The translations under genes and the position numbers were made by a program. The notes under the pieces are model-generated. The model saw only the letters and a list, made by a program, of their open reading frames with translations, had not been told where the DNA came from and searched no databases. This document shows positions 9,029 through 18,026 of a stretch of 64,000 bases of DNA, one piece after another; the first letter of the stretch is position 1, and the number at the start of each line of letters is the position of its first letter. The stretch spans positions 202,491 to 266,490 of the IMG/VR virus record IMGVR_UViG_3300025930_000007, one strand, 5' to 3'.

Positions 9029-9534
9029 CAGTTCACCTCCGGAACAGCCAATCCATCGCCAGCGCGCCAAGCCGCATCCATCAGGATGGTCTTCGGATGC
9101 GATCTATAAGTACGCGTCTTCTGATAGACTCCGCACTCGTCTTCCACGACGGCCGCCGCGGTCAGGTAGAGATACCAGCTCCTGGCCCGGACGAATTGCT
9201 GTTCATAGAGCTCCGGATTCGCTACGTAACCGGCGCTGCCGTGCCAATACCGGAAGAGCCGGCCTACTTCATTGATGAAATCGTCCGTCAAGGTAGTCGG
9301 CACATGCCGTTGAATGATGGCATTTACATTTTCGATCGAGGTGGCTTCACCCAAGCACTTCGCGAGATCAACAGCTTGCTCGATCGGAAGTCCGAGCCAG
9401 TTCACGCTGTTGGCGAGGCGGATCCTGAGAATCTCCCGAACCCAATCGGTATAGGCATCTCCCAGAGGCATAAGCTCATCGTTCCAGGGACCTGGCGCCG
9501 GCTGACCAGGTAATGGAGGAACCGTCATCGTCAA
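9028..9534 (-). CDS. hypothetical protein
   Basis: ORF in chain. Confidence 0.65.
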   Translation of the reverse strand: MTMTVPPLPGQPAPGPWNDELMPLGDAYTDWVREILRIRLANSVNWLGLPIEQAVDLAKCLGEATSIENVNAIIQRHVPTTLTDDFINEVGRLFRYWHGSAGYVANPELYEQQFVRARSWYLYLTAAAVVEDECGVYQKTRTYRSHPKTILMDAAWRAGDGLAVPEVN

Positions 9535-9541
9535 TCCTGGC

Positions 9542-9814
9542 TTAGCGATAAGACTCGCGATGCCATTTATTCCAGCGGGCCTTGGTCTGAGAAACGGCCT
9601 TTCCGACAGCTTTCTTGAGCTTAGGCACGGAGCATGATGGCTGCTCCTTGACCGCCTTCATGAAGCGAGCTGCGGCCTTCTTCGCTCTGGGACCAGGCAC
9701 ATCCAGCTTCATCTCGAGCTTCGCACATCCGTTATTGCGGGGAGGAGAGATCTTGAGGCCGATTCCATTGCCGCCGACCACGATGTCCGTGTGCCAAACA
9801 ACCTTTTTGCTCAT
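9542..9814 (-). CDS. small basic protein
   Basis: Lys/Arg-rich ORF. Confidence 0.65.
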   Translation of the reverse strand: MSKKVVWHTDIVVGGNGIGLKISPPRNNGCAKLEMKLDVPGPRAKKAAARFMKAVKEQPSCSVPKLKKAVGKAVSQTKARWNKWHRESYR

Positions 9815-9836
9815 TCCTAATTCTCCGATTCGGCGT

Positions 9837-10373
9837 TCAGGTAACGAGCTGCTTCATCTTGAGGTAGAGCCGTTCCATCTTCCCCCTGAGGGCGGCCAGA
9901 TGGTCTCCAATGGGAATCTCAAACCAGCTCTGCATCGGGCTCGATGCATCACCATAGAAGACATTCTCGATGATCTCGACATTCTCTTCTTCGTTCATGA
10001 GGAACACCATCGGCGCATCTTTTCTCGGCTTAGCCCTGAAGGTGCAGCCCGAGATCGTCAGATTCCCCTCGGCGACCAGCGTGATCCCTTCCGGAAAGAA
10101 GATCGCCTCGTTGACGATATGGGTACCGCTTTTGACATAGACAGTGCCTCCCGCTTCGGGAAGGGCGTCAATTGCTTGCTGGATGCTCATTCCTGGCTGA
10201 ACGACGATGAACCCTGGAGACTGTACCGGGATGGTTGGGGCGATGGCCGTGCCGAAGCTGGCTGGGCATGGACTTGTCACCGGATAAGCTTGCTCGGCGA
10301 AGAGAGCATTGGGCGCTACTGCTGCAACGGCCGCGGTACCGCCCAGGAACTTCAGAAAGTCTCTTCTGTTCAT
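9837..10373 (-). CDS. Tat-signal protein with short beta-helix (pectin-lyase-like) N-cap
   Basis: MNRRDFLKFLGG; SIQQAIDALPEAGGTVYVKSGTH. Confidence 0.7.
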   Translation of the reverse strand: MNRRDFLKFLGGTAAVAAVAPNALFAEQAYPVTSPCPASFGTAIAPTIPVQSPGFIVVQPGMSIQQAIDALPEAGGTVYVKSGTHIVNEAIFFPEGITLVAEGNLTISGCTFRAKPRKDAPMVFLMNEEENVEIIENVFYGDASSPMQSWFEIPIGDHLAALRGKMERLYLKMKQLVT

Positions 10374-10436
10374 GTCTCCCTCAGTTCTGAAAGATTGTAT
10401 CCGGGATACCGGTATATTTCACCAGCTTCTCGAGGC

Positions 10437-10613
10437 TCATCTTTGCATCATTGGATGCGGTGGAATAATCCCCAGGGCTACGTTTCCTCTAGGAGTATCG
10501 TAGATGAGATCATAAGGACGAAACCAAGCCTTACACCGTTCGCAGGCTACCAGCTTTTTCCTCCACTGATAACGATGTCCGGCAGCCATCCGGCCTGACC
10601 CTGGACACTTCAT
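10437..10613 (-). CDS. small Zn-binding protein (58 aa), paralog of N-terminus of 13258-14142
   Basis: AGGAG RBS; MKCPGSGRMAAGHRYQWRKKLVACERCKAWF... Confidence 0.7.
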   Translation of the reverse strand: MKCPGSGRMAAGHRYQWRKKLVACERCKAWFRPYDLIYDTPRGNVALGIIPPHPMMQR

Positions 10614-10623
10614 CTTGCTGCTC

Positions 10624-10926
10624 CTACCGTTCGACTCGAATGGCCTTCCCGTAGACGGCCTGGAAATTGACCCATCCGTTTATCCCGCCTCGGTTATTGC
10701 CGATCTGGAGCCGTTGGCCGTCCCTAGCCTTGATCAGGTGAAGGTAATCCCGACCGTGGATATGAACGAGGACCACATCGTTCACGGACAGGTCTCCTTC
10801 CTTCACGGGCCGAAGGGTGACCAGGTCGCCATCGTTCACCCGGCCATTCATGGAGTGTCCCCTTGGCCGGATCTGGACCTGCCTGCCCGCCTGGAGTTCC
10901 TTGATTGCGTGTTGAGCCCAGCTCAT
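10624..10926 (-). CDS. S24/S26 peptidase-like protein
   Basis: RGHSM...GDLV...DVVLV...LHLIK fold signature. Confidence 0.7.
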   Translation of the reverse strand: MSWAQHAIKELQAGRQVQIRPRGHSMNGRVNDGDLVTLRPVKEGDLSVNDVVLVHIHGRDYLHLIKARDGQRLQIGNNRGGINGWVNFQAVYGKAIRVER

Positions 10927-10986
10927 GGTTGCATCGTATAGAACTATTTGGGAGTATCTCTATATCGGACTTCCAAGGAGGGATTT

Positions 10987-11139
10987 ATGGGACGCATCTT
11001 CTTCGGTATCGCGGCGCTGTTCTTCTTCCTGGATGGTGTCGGCTCCAGCATCATTCATCATGCGACGACCTGGGGGCTCGTAGCTCTCGCGCTCGGGCTG
11101 GCCGTCGGTGACTGGCGCCCTTGGAAGCGGTCCGCCTGA
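10987..11139 (+). CDS. small membrane protein
   Basis: AAGGAGG RBS; two hydrophobic helices. Confidence 0.65.
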   Translation: MGRIFFGIAALFFFLDGVGSSIIHHATTWGLVALALGLAVGDWRPWKRSA

Positions 11140-11411
11140 GGCTTCACGCAAGCGCAGTCGCACCCGAGCTCCGGCCGGCAAGCCCCGTGATCGGCGCGGT
11201 TGCAAGCCTCGCAGCGTCGATTGTCCCTGGTCATCGGCTGGGCATTCCCGTAGAGCAGACACCAGCCGCACTGGGTCGCCACATGAGGACCATAGCGGGT
11301 ATCGTTCTTGTGCTCGGGAACGGTGTCCCCAAACTGGAAGCCATCGAAAACGACCTGGCCGTGCCGGCAAGGATCCTCGTCGTCATGATGATGGCCGCAA
11401 GCTTCAATCAT
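11058..11411 (-). CDS. Cys/His-rich hypothetical protein
   Basis: ATGA overlap with TylF stop; 3' end overlaps opposite gene. Confidence 0.45.
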   Translation of the reverse strand: MIEACGHHHDDEDPCRHGQVVFDGFQFGDTVPEHKNDTRYGPHVATQCGWCLLYGNAQPMTRDNRRCEACNRADHGACRPELGCDCACVKPQADRFQGRQSPTASPSARATSPQVVA

Positions 11412-12127
11412 GACTTCCTCCAATAGGTGCTATGCCTGTCGATCGGCAGGATAGGATCCAGGATGCCGTTCTTGGCCCGGTAGTCCTCCACCGCCTTACG
11501 GGCTCCTGGCAGAGTCCAGTCATCCACGATCAAGAAACCTCCGGTGGAGAGTTTCGGATACAGGGACTCCAAGGCCACGATGGTCGAACCGTACATATCG
11601 CCATCTAGTCGGCAGATGCACAGTTTGCTGATCGGCGCCGATGGGAGCGTATCCTCGAACCAGCCTTCGAGAAACTTTACCTGATCGTCGAGCAGTCCAT
11701 AGGCAGCGAAATTGGCTTTCACCTCCTCGAGCCCAACGGACAGGAACTCTTGCGTATGGTGGCTGTCGCCGGAATCCGCCGGATACTTCTGAGGATTCGG
11801 CACGGGAAGGCCCTCGAACGAGTCGGCACACCATATGCGCCGGTTTGTTATTCCGTATGCAGCCAGGAGCGCACGCATGAAGATAACGGCGCCTCCCCGC
11901 CAGACTCCTGTCTCGATAAGATCCCCTTCCACACCATCCTCGATAACCCTTTCGAAGCAGGCCTGAATATTGTCCATCCGTTTCATGCCGATCATCGTGT
12001 GCGCCGTCACCGGCCAATCCCAGCCGTTCGCCCTTTTCAAGGCGTCGAATTTCGGCTCAGTGCGGCCGTAGATCATATTCGTTACGCACCGCTTCATGAG
12101 GTCTAGATAAAGATGTTTTGGATCCAC
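11408..12127 (-). CDS. tylF: TylF/MycF-family (macrocin) O-methyltransferase
   Basis: HTMIG..R, ETGVWRGG, DSFEGLP, GWFEDTLP, RLDGDMYGST. Confidence 0.9.
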   Translation of the reverse strand: MDPKHLYLDLMKRCVTNMIYGRTEPKFDALKRANGWDWPVTAHTMIGMKRMDNIQACFERVIEDGVEGDLIETGVWRGGAVIFMRALLAAYGITNRRIWCADSFEGLPVPNPQKYPADSGDSHHTQEFLSVGLEEVKANFAAYGLLDDQVKFLEGWFEDTLPSAPISKLCICRLDGDMYGSTIVALESLYPKLSTGGFLIVDDWTLPGARKAVEDYRAKNGILDPILPIDRHSTYWRKS

Positions 12128-12321
12128 TCCACCTCTCCTCATTTCTTGCTCATTCGATAAAGCCGCTGATTCTGAAGGCGCGCGGTGCCGGTAGGAGCTC
12201 CTGGCCCGGCATGCACCCGACACGGAATGATGCGGCCCTTTTCGTGCTTAGGGCTGTAGCAACCGCACTTCCAGATCTTCTTGGCCTCAACGATGCTGAT
12301 CAGAGCCATAGCTATCCTCTC

Positions 12322-12564
12322 TTAGGGGTTCGGCGAAGGGTACGGGCTGCAGGTCCTGCACACGAAATTCTCCACCCCAGGCCTACTTCCGGGTCTGATT
12401 TCACCGCCGCACTTGGAGCACCAGATACCAGGATCCTTGCCGCATTTCAGACAATTGCAGTTCACCCGCAGACACATTCCGTCCTTGATCGCGCAGGCGA
12501 ATTCAGCCGTCAATGCCTCGGGACTATCGGGATGCACTTGCCGATCGCATTTCAGGCAACCCAT
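12322..12564 (-). CDS. Cys-rich hypothetical protein
   Basis: multiple CxxC. Confidence 0.5.
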   Translation of the reverse strand: MGCLKCDRQVHPDSPEALTAEFACAIKDGMCLRVNCNCLKCGKDPGIWCSKCGGEIRPGSRPGVENFVCRTCSPYPSPNP

Positions 12565-12566
12565 CG

Positions 12567-12830
12567 CTAAGCCCTCAGCTTCTTTAGAATGTGCCGAAGC
12601 ATCATCATGTCGCTGACGATCAAGGATTTATCCTGGGCATGGCTCTTTGCCCATTCTTCGGCATACTCCGGAGAATCCAATTGCACAAGGAAGGCCTTTG
12701 CAAGAGCCATGGTCTCCGGCGTGTTAGGAAGTTCCAGATCGTTACACCCTGCGCAAGACATCCGCTCCAGGGTGTATTCCATCATGTCATCGAAGCACTT
12801 CCATTCCATGGCAGTCAGTTTGTCGTTCAT
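12567..12830 (-). CDS. hypothetical protein
   Basis: GAGGG RBS; AGCNDL motif. Confidence 0.65.
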   Translation of the reverse strand: MNDKLTAMEWKCFDDMMEYTLERMSCAGCNDLELPNTPETMALAKAFLVQLDSPEYAEEWAKSHAQDKSLIVSDMMMLRHILKKLRA

Positions 12831-12910
12831 CCCTCACCTTCATTCCGCTTGATTTCAGCCGCCGTATTGGCCTAAAATAGTTCTATAGATTTCTTAGAGG
12901 AGGAGGATTT

Positions 12911-13204
12911 ATGAACAGGAAATCGACCCTCGGCCAAGTCACTGGCGGTGGTCCCTCGGGCGGCGGTCCCTCGGGCGGCGGTCCTTCCGGTGGTCCTACG
13001 GGCGGTCCCACCGGCGGCGGCCCTTCTGATCAGGGCGGCTTCACGGCGCTCACCCCGGGCATGTTCCCCGTGGGTGCGCCCCTCGGCGGCGTGTGCCCCG
13101 CAGGCTACCTGCCTGCGCCCTCGGCGATCGTTCCGGGCGGCTACACCTGCGTGAGGGCGCCGGGAGCGTACACCGTTCCCCTCTACATGGGCCGGCGGCG
13201 GTAA
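12911..13204 (+). CDS. Gly/Pro-rich orphan protein with LGQ and MGRRR motifs
   Basis: GAGGAGGAGG RBS; MNRKSTLGQ, GGGPS repeats, ends PLYMGRRR. Confidence 0.75.
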   Translation: MNRKSTLGQVTGGGPSGGGPSGGGPSGGPTGGPTGGGPSDQGGFTALTPGMFPVGAPLGGVCPAGYLPAPSAIVPGGYTCVRAPGAYTVPLYMGRRR

Positions 13205-13257
13205 GGCTTTCATGATGCCTGGCTCCGCGCGGGAGCCAGGCCGCGGCTCAGGCCATC

Positions 13258-14142
13258 TCATTCCTCCACCAGCAACGCTTCAAGCTGCTTGTTCATGATG
13301 GCCACGCCGTCCAGCATCTCGCTGGCAATCCTCGCTGTCTTTGAGACCTGCTCATGGAAGAGCTTGATTTTGGTATCCTTATCCACTGAGAATCGGCATT
13401 CCGAACAGAAGAAGCTGTCGAGCTGCCAGCGCAATTCCTTCTTGTAATCCAAGACGGGCTTACGGCAACTCGAACACCCCGGAAGCATCGTGATGGTCGG
13501 CCTACCGGTTTCCTCGGGAGGAGGACCAGAAACCAGCAGGAACTCCTTGGGTTTCTCCAGCTTCTGAGCGCTCATCCCGGGGAAAAGACTCTGGGCGCCC
13601 TTCATCATGCCGTCCAGGATCATCTTCCATCCTTTCCGGACCCTCTCCGCGGCCGTCAGCCGATTGACGTCCTCGAGGTGCTGAGCGAGGCTCTCGACCT
13701 GCCGGCCTAGGCCTCCTCCAATGATCCCCATGGGATTGGATTCCAGGAGGTCGCAGAGCGTTTCGATGATCCTCTCGGCCTTTTTGTGGCTCATCTTCTG
13801 GATGGAGCCGATCTCCAGGACGTTATCCGTCTTGTCGCAGCCCGGACAGGCCTCCTTCAGGAGATATCGGCCGTCCTCGAGCTTCGTGTGCGTCCAGGAC
13901 ACGGCGCCGCAGCCACAGATTACTTTGTCCCGGTCGTCGCTCCAGTCCGCCATTTTTTTTACCCTCTGAACCACCCGATGATCCGGTATCAACCCGAGTG
14001 GTATATGCCTGTCGTCCGTGAAATAGATCAGTTTTTCGTTATGGAACCATGCCCGGCATTTTCCGCATGCGACAAGCTTCTTTCGCCATTGATACCGATG
14101 CCCTGCAGCCATGCGGCCCGAACCAACACATTTATTTCGCAC
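13258..14142 (-). CDS. multi-Zn-finger hypothetical protein
   Basis: several CxxC; probable GTG start at 14142. Confidence 0.65.
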   Translation of the reverse strand: MRNKCVGSGRMAAGHRYQWRKKLVACGKCRAWFHNEKLIYFTDDRHIPLGLIPDHRVVQRVKKMADWSDDRDKVICGCGAVSWTHTKLEDGRYLLKEACPGCDKTDNVLEIGSIQKMSHKKAERIIETLCDLLESNPMGIIGGGLGRQVESLAQHLEDVNRLTAAERVRKGWKMILDGMMKGAQSLFPGMSAQKLEKPKEFLLVSGPPPEETGRPTITMLPGCSSCRKPVLDYKKELRWQLDSFFCSECRFSVDKDTKIKLFHEQVSKTARIASEMLDGVAIMNKQLEALLVEE

Positions 14143-14293
14143 GGCGAATACGAACCGGCTTCTTCTTTCTCCATTGGGTTTCCGGGCAGAAGCCGCATTT
14201 CCGGACCCAGAAAACATGGCCCAAGTTCGAGGGACCCCACTTCTTCCATTCCCACCAGTGATGGCGCGGACCCAGGGGGCTAGTACATTTCAT
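14132..14293 (-). CDS. small Trp-rich Zn-ribbon protein (53 aa, not in ORF track)
   Basis: ATGA overlap; MKCTSPLGPRHHWWEW...CGFC. Confidence 0.5.
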   Translation of the reverse strand: MKCTSPLGPRHHWWEWKKWGPSNLGHVFWVRKCGFCPETQWRKKKPVRIRRAK

Positions 14294-14544
14294 TGCTCAA
14301 GCCCATTCAGAAGTCCAGGTTCCATCTCCCCTCGAGCCGTCAGGATCCGCTCCACGGCCTGGTAGAAGGCCTTCCTGGCCGGGAGTTTGCTCTTCGCCGG
14401 CAAGGTGGCCGTCAGGACCCCTAGGAGATTGTCGGTCGTCATGTCGTCCGGATGAAAGGCGGAGATCGCTGCATCCAGGTATTGGAATCGGCCAGCTCTC
14501 ATCAGCTCATCCGCCCAGGAATAGATCCCATCAAGCTGATTCAT
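14290..14544 (-). CDS. hypothetical protein
   Basis: AGGAAGG RBS; LLG.LTATLPAKSKLP.R motif. Confidence 0.7.
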   Translation of the reverse strand: MNQLDGIYSWADELMRAGRFQYLDAAISAFHPDDMTTDNLLGVLTATLPAKSKLPARKAFYQAVERILTARGEMEPGLLNGLEQ

Positions 14545-14935
14545 GGGTTCCTTCCTTCAACTGCTTGAGTCGGAGAGCCCATTGCTCCCTGAACTCAGCG
14601 TCCGCGGCATCGAACTCCGGGCCCGAGGTCTTCATCTCACCGTCCGCGCCGCGGGCCATGATCAGAGCATGAGGTTCCACAAGGCCTGGGCCTCCATGCT
14701 CGCACGCCACGCAAACCTCTAGGATCTCGGCACCAGTCTTTCCCGTCTTCTGAATCATCTCCCGGAGGGTATCCGGAGCTCCCATACCGCCGGCGAGCTC
14801 GACTTGGCAGCAGGTCTCGCAGATCTTGCCCTTGATGAGGGGACACTCCCAGTTCTTTTCCTGATGGACCTTGCCATTGCCCAGATCCATCGGTTCGCCT
14901 TTGCAGTTGCATTCCAGGCAGAAGCGATCGCTCAT
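14531..14935 (-). CDS. Cys-rich hypothetical protein
   Basis: ORF in overlapping chain. Confidence 0.65.
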   Translation of the reverse strand: MSDRFCLECNCKGEPMDLGNGKVHQEKNWECPLIKGKICETCCQVELAGGMGAPDTLREMIQKTGKTGAEILEVCVACEHGGPGLVEPHALIMARGADGEMKTSGPEFDAADAEFREQWALRLKQLKEGTHESA

Positions 14936-15159
14936 CTGATCATGCCCTCAAGCTGCAGGTGCCGATATTTCCCGGGAGGCCCGAATGAATGCCCCTTGGG
15001 ATGATCCGTCAAGGCCTGATTCTTCTCCAGGTCCTCGAAGATCCATTTGCAAAGCCAGCAGCCGGGGCCATCCTCAAGAGGAATCCTAGCCTTGAGGAGA
15101 GGCTTGACGTAAGCCATCTGCTCCGCAGTCAACTCTGCCAGCTTCGCTTCTTCGGCCAC
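14932..15159 (-). CDS. hypothetical protein
   Basis: ORF in chain. Confidence 0.55.
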   Translation of the reverse strand: MAEEAKLAELTAEQMAYVKPLLKARIPLEDGPGCWLCKWIFEDLEKNQALTDHPKGHSFGPPGKYRHLQLEGMIR

Positions 15160-15338
15160 AGATTAGGCTTCCTTTTGCCGATAGATGATCTTGGTCACCA
15201 TGCGTTTCTCTGGCTCCAGCACTTCCAACAATAAGTCGGCTGTCGATAGATCCTGCGCTTACTTGCCTTCCAGACTTTCTTCAGGATGGCCACCAGGCCA
15301 AAGACACCCCCGGCATTTTTTGGACAGGCTTTTTGGCA

Positions 15339-15617
15339 TTAAGAATTCCACCCATCTTCGCTGTTAATTTCCTTCAGCTTTGCCCATTGACCTTCTGAGC
15401 GAATCTGCGTTGGAAACGGGGCTGGGATACGATGACCTTCATCAGCGATAGGACGTTTCTTTTTCTCGGCCATTCTTCTTTTTCGAGAGTCCTCATATCT
15501 CTGATGACAAACTTTCGTGCAGAACACCATCCGCACAGATCCAAATGGCCTTCCGAGTATCCGATCTTTGGATAATGGAAGACCACAAAACGTGCAGGTC
15601 CTTTTACTCCAGCCCAT
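15339..15617 (-). CDS. TRASH/YHS-like Zn-binding protein
   Basis: CxxCG...FCxxxC. Confidence 0.5.
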   Translation of the reverse strand: MGWSKRTCTFCGLPLSKDRILGRPFGSVRMVFCTKVCHQRYEDSRKRRMAEKKKRPIADEGHRIPAPFPTQIRSEGQWAKLKEINSEDGWNS

Positions 15618-15621
15618 GGAT

Positions 15622-16047
15622 CTAAAGTTCCTGCTCCATGACTCGGCGCGACTTCAGGATCGCGGCCGTCTCGAAGATGAAGGGAGCGTGAGGGATGACG
15701 GCGATCCACTCGCCTTCAGGGCCCCCGAACGTCGGATGAAAGACTTCCACGAAGACGCCCTGCGCCTTCGGCTGCCCGATGGCGATGACCAGGCGAACCC
15801 GCTGCTTCGCGGCATAGAGGATGGAGGCGAGGAAGACGCTGATGCAGTCCGAATCGCCAGGGCCGCCCTTCTGGAGGCCATCCGGCGTCCCGGCAGAGCC
15901 TGGATTCTTCCGGGCCCAGTCAGCGAGCTTCTCGAGCATCGGCCGATACTCCATCTCCTCCTTCACGGTGGCTTTTGCCTTCTGCGGAACCATGTTTCCG
16001 CACATCTCGGGGGGAACTCCAGGGGGAAGGCGATCCATGATTCCCAT
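15622..16047 (-). CDS. degenerate transglutaminase-like protein
   Basis: GDSDC.S..LAS.L.....RLV....VFVEV....W (GDCDD/H motif altered). Confidence 0.45.
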   Translation of the reverse strand: MGIMDRLPPGVPPEMCGNMVPQKAKATVKEEMEYRPMLEKLADWARKNPGSAGTPDGLQKGGPGDSDCISVFLASILYAAKQRVRLVIAIGQPKAQGVFVEVFHPTFGGPEGEWIAVIPHAPFIFETAAILKSRRVMEQEL

Positions 16048-16056
16048 AGCTCTCTC

Positions 16057-17094
16057 CTATTCTTGTTCCACTTGGAAGGTGGTCTTACCCTTGGGCTTGA
16101 GTCTTTCCCAGATCACTTCGTCATAAGGCATCTTATCGAGCATCAGGAACATAATGGGCGCGAGGTCTCCATGCTTCTTGAACTCCATCGCCCAGTCCTT
16201 CCTGGTCGATTGAGGAGGCGTGGCCGCAAAGGCAGCCTTCGCCTTCTCCTCGATCTCGCTGTAGGACTTCTTGAGGCCGTCCCGCTGCTTCCGAAACCAT
16301 TCCATGAACTCGTCTGGAACGTTCTCGAAGGACGGCTCGTTGTTCGTAGAAAGGGTCTCCCAGATGCCCTTCACAGAGAGGCCCGTCAGGATCTTATGGA
16401 GCAGCATATACTGGTGGTACTTCAGCTTGACCCGGAGACCGTTGGAATAGCGCGCGACGTACCCTTCCCGATCGCGCACCTTGGGATCCTGGAGCGAGAT
16501 CTCCGAGATCGGCCTAGTTTCGAACCCGATCGCCTTGAAGCCGTAATCCTTCGCGTAAGCCGACACCTGGGCGTAACTCGCGTCTTCCCCGGAGTCCGTC
16601 TTGACGATTCCCAGAAGGATCATCTCCTCCTTTTCATATGGGATCACGAGCCTGTTCCACGGCGCGATGAACTCGAACATGTAGGTGTTGTCGCGGTGCA
16701 ATCGCCTGTGACTCTGGGAGAGCCACGCATTGGCGTACTTGGTCTGGGGATTCTCCCAGCAGCCCCGGGTGATCGCCCGCCAGCCGGTCTCCTCATCATG
16801 GAAGACGATGATCATGCTCCCGTCCACCTTATCGCTGAGCTCGGGAGTCTCGGCGGGAAGTGCCTCGAGCTTCGTCTCAGGGCGCTCATTCACGTTGAAG
16901 AACTTCCGCCAGGGCCGCGCGACGATCTTGCCCTGGTCGTCGAGGACCAGGCCGCGGGCCTGCATCGTGTACTCATCCCAGGCGCGTTCGAACATGCAGT
17001 GGTTCGTATAGTCAAAGATCGTGAGCCGGCCGTTCGGCCGTGCTGCGACGAGGCCCAGATCCACGCGTTTGCGGAGTTCTTCTAAGAGCATCAC
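16057..17094 (-). CDS. rnlA: T4 Rnl1-family RNA ligase
   Basis: ARGLV, KFFN, KVDGS motif I, FEF..PWNRLV, EGYV..RVKLK. Confidence 0.9.
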   Translation of the reverse strand: MMLLEELRKRVDLGLVAARPNGRLTIFDYTNHCMFERAWDEYTMQARGLVLDDQGKIVARPWRKFFNVNERPETKLEALPAETPELSDKVDGSMIIVFHDEETGWRAITRGCWENPQTKYANAWLSQSHRRLHRDNTYMFEFIAPWNRLVIPYEKEEMILLGIVKTDSGEDASYAQVSAYAKDYGFKAIGFETRPISEISLQDPKVRDREGYVARYSNGLRVKLKYHQYMLLHKILTGLSVKGIWETLSTNNEPSFENVPDEFMEWFRKQRDGLKKSYSEIEEKAKAAFAATPPQSTRKDWAMEFKKHGDLAPIMFLMLDKMPYDEVIWERLKPKGKTTFQVEQE

Positions 17095-17486
17095 TTTGCC
17101 TTGGCCTCTTTCTGCTCGCTCAGGGCCGCGTTGCAGATCACCTTGGGAACGTCTTCCAGCTTCTTGGCCCAGCCGAGAGGCTTATCCACGGTGTACTTCT
17201 TCTCGTCCCTTTCTCCATCATGGGTAACCCAGACGACGCGACGGAGATGGTAGCCCTCCGTATCGGCGTTCAGAAGCCAGCGGGCTTCGTACTTCTCCCG
17301 AACATAATCCCAGACCTTCATCGCATCGTCGATCTGAGTCGAGTAGTGGGGAAGATCTTCTCCACGCTCGCCAGCCTCCCCGACCGCGACCCCGCGATAG
17401 GTATTCGGATCCTTCACGACCTTCTGACCAAAGATCTCCTCGGAGATCTTCCGATCCAGACGCAGGGCCTGTTCTTCGCTAAGCAC
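17091..17486 (-). CDS. phage ABA-sandwich domain protein
   Basis: LD..I.E.IFG, P.YST.I.DA..V, P..IC.AAL. Confidence 0.7.
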   Translation of the reverse strand: MLSEEQALRLDRKISEEIFGQKVVKDPNTYRGVAVGEAGERGEDLPHYSTQIDDAMKVWDYVREKYEARWLLNADTEGYHLRRVVWVTHDGERDEKKYTVDKPLGWAKKLEDVPKVICNAALSEQKEAKAK

Positions 17487-17820
17487 CGAAGTTCTCTCCG
17501 CCGGCGGCGACGATCGCTTCCTGTAGTTCCTGGAGGGCGGCGCATTCCGGAGCGCCGTTCACGCTCGGGAAGATCGTCATCCGGAGCTTCATGAAGGCCT
17601 CGACCGCCTCGAGCAGGCGGGCACTGCCTGCGATGCACTGCATGTCCGGATGCTCGCGGTCGGCGTCGACCATAAGACCTTCCGGTCCGCGCTGCCCCAG
17701 CTTGTGCTTCGGCCGGGGCATGAGAACGACAGGCCGGTGGCCATGGGCGCCCACCAGCGTGGAATCGTTCATCCAGACCCAGGGAGCCTTGGTCCGAACT
17801 ACCCGCTTCGTTTCGCTCAC
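17479..17820 (-). CDS. hypothetical protein
   Basis: T.APW...IA...LLEA phage-type motif. Confidence 0.65.
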   Translation of the reverse strand: MSETKRVVRTKAPWVWMNDSTLVGAHGHRPVVLMPRPKHKLGQRGPEGLMVDADREHPDMQCIAGSARLLEAVEAFMKLRMTIFPSVNGAPECAALQELQEAIVAAGGENFGA

Positions 17821-18026
17821 AGTTTCCTCCTCCTGATTTCCATCTCTATCCGCTCCATGCGAATGTAGTTATCGTCCATGATCGCTTCCAAAGGCCGAGT
17901 GTCCGCACCGCACTTCAGACACACATGGTAGTCTTGCCAGTAGGCGCGTTCTCCCGGATAGCGCTCATCGAGCGTCCGCTTCTCCCACTGATGGCCCATG
18001 AAAAGACACTTCAGCCAAGCGATCAT
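17817..18026 (-). CDS. small Zn-ribbon protein
   Basis: KCLFMGHQW...CLKCG. Confidence 0.6.
   Translation of the reverse strand: MIAWLKCLFMGHQWEKRTLDERYPGERAYWQDYHVCLKCGADTRPLEAIMDDNYIRMERIEMEIRRRKL

Noticed and set aside
12943-13027. Short tandem repeats (GGCGGTCC...)
   Set aside because: Encode GGGPS/GGPT peptide repeats; no spacers, not CRISPR
14255-14290. CCCCC run resembling the leader hairpin
   Set aside because: Lies within a small coding ORF (14132-14293) and has no flanking stem or -10 box
15160-15339. Possible stop-codon readthrough ORF
   Set aside because: Only short competing frames; no support for any one
15517-17085. 522-aa + strand ORF
   Set aside because: Antisense shadow of the Rnl1 gene and its neighbour; no motifs; typical of GC-rich codon bias
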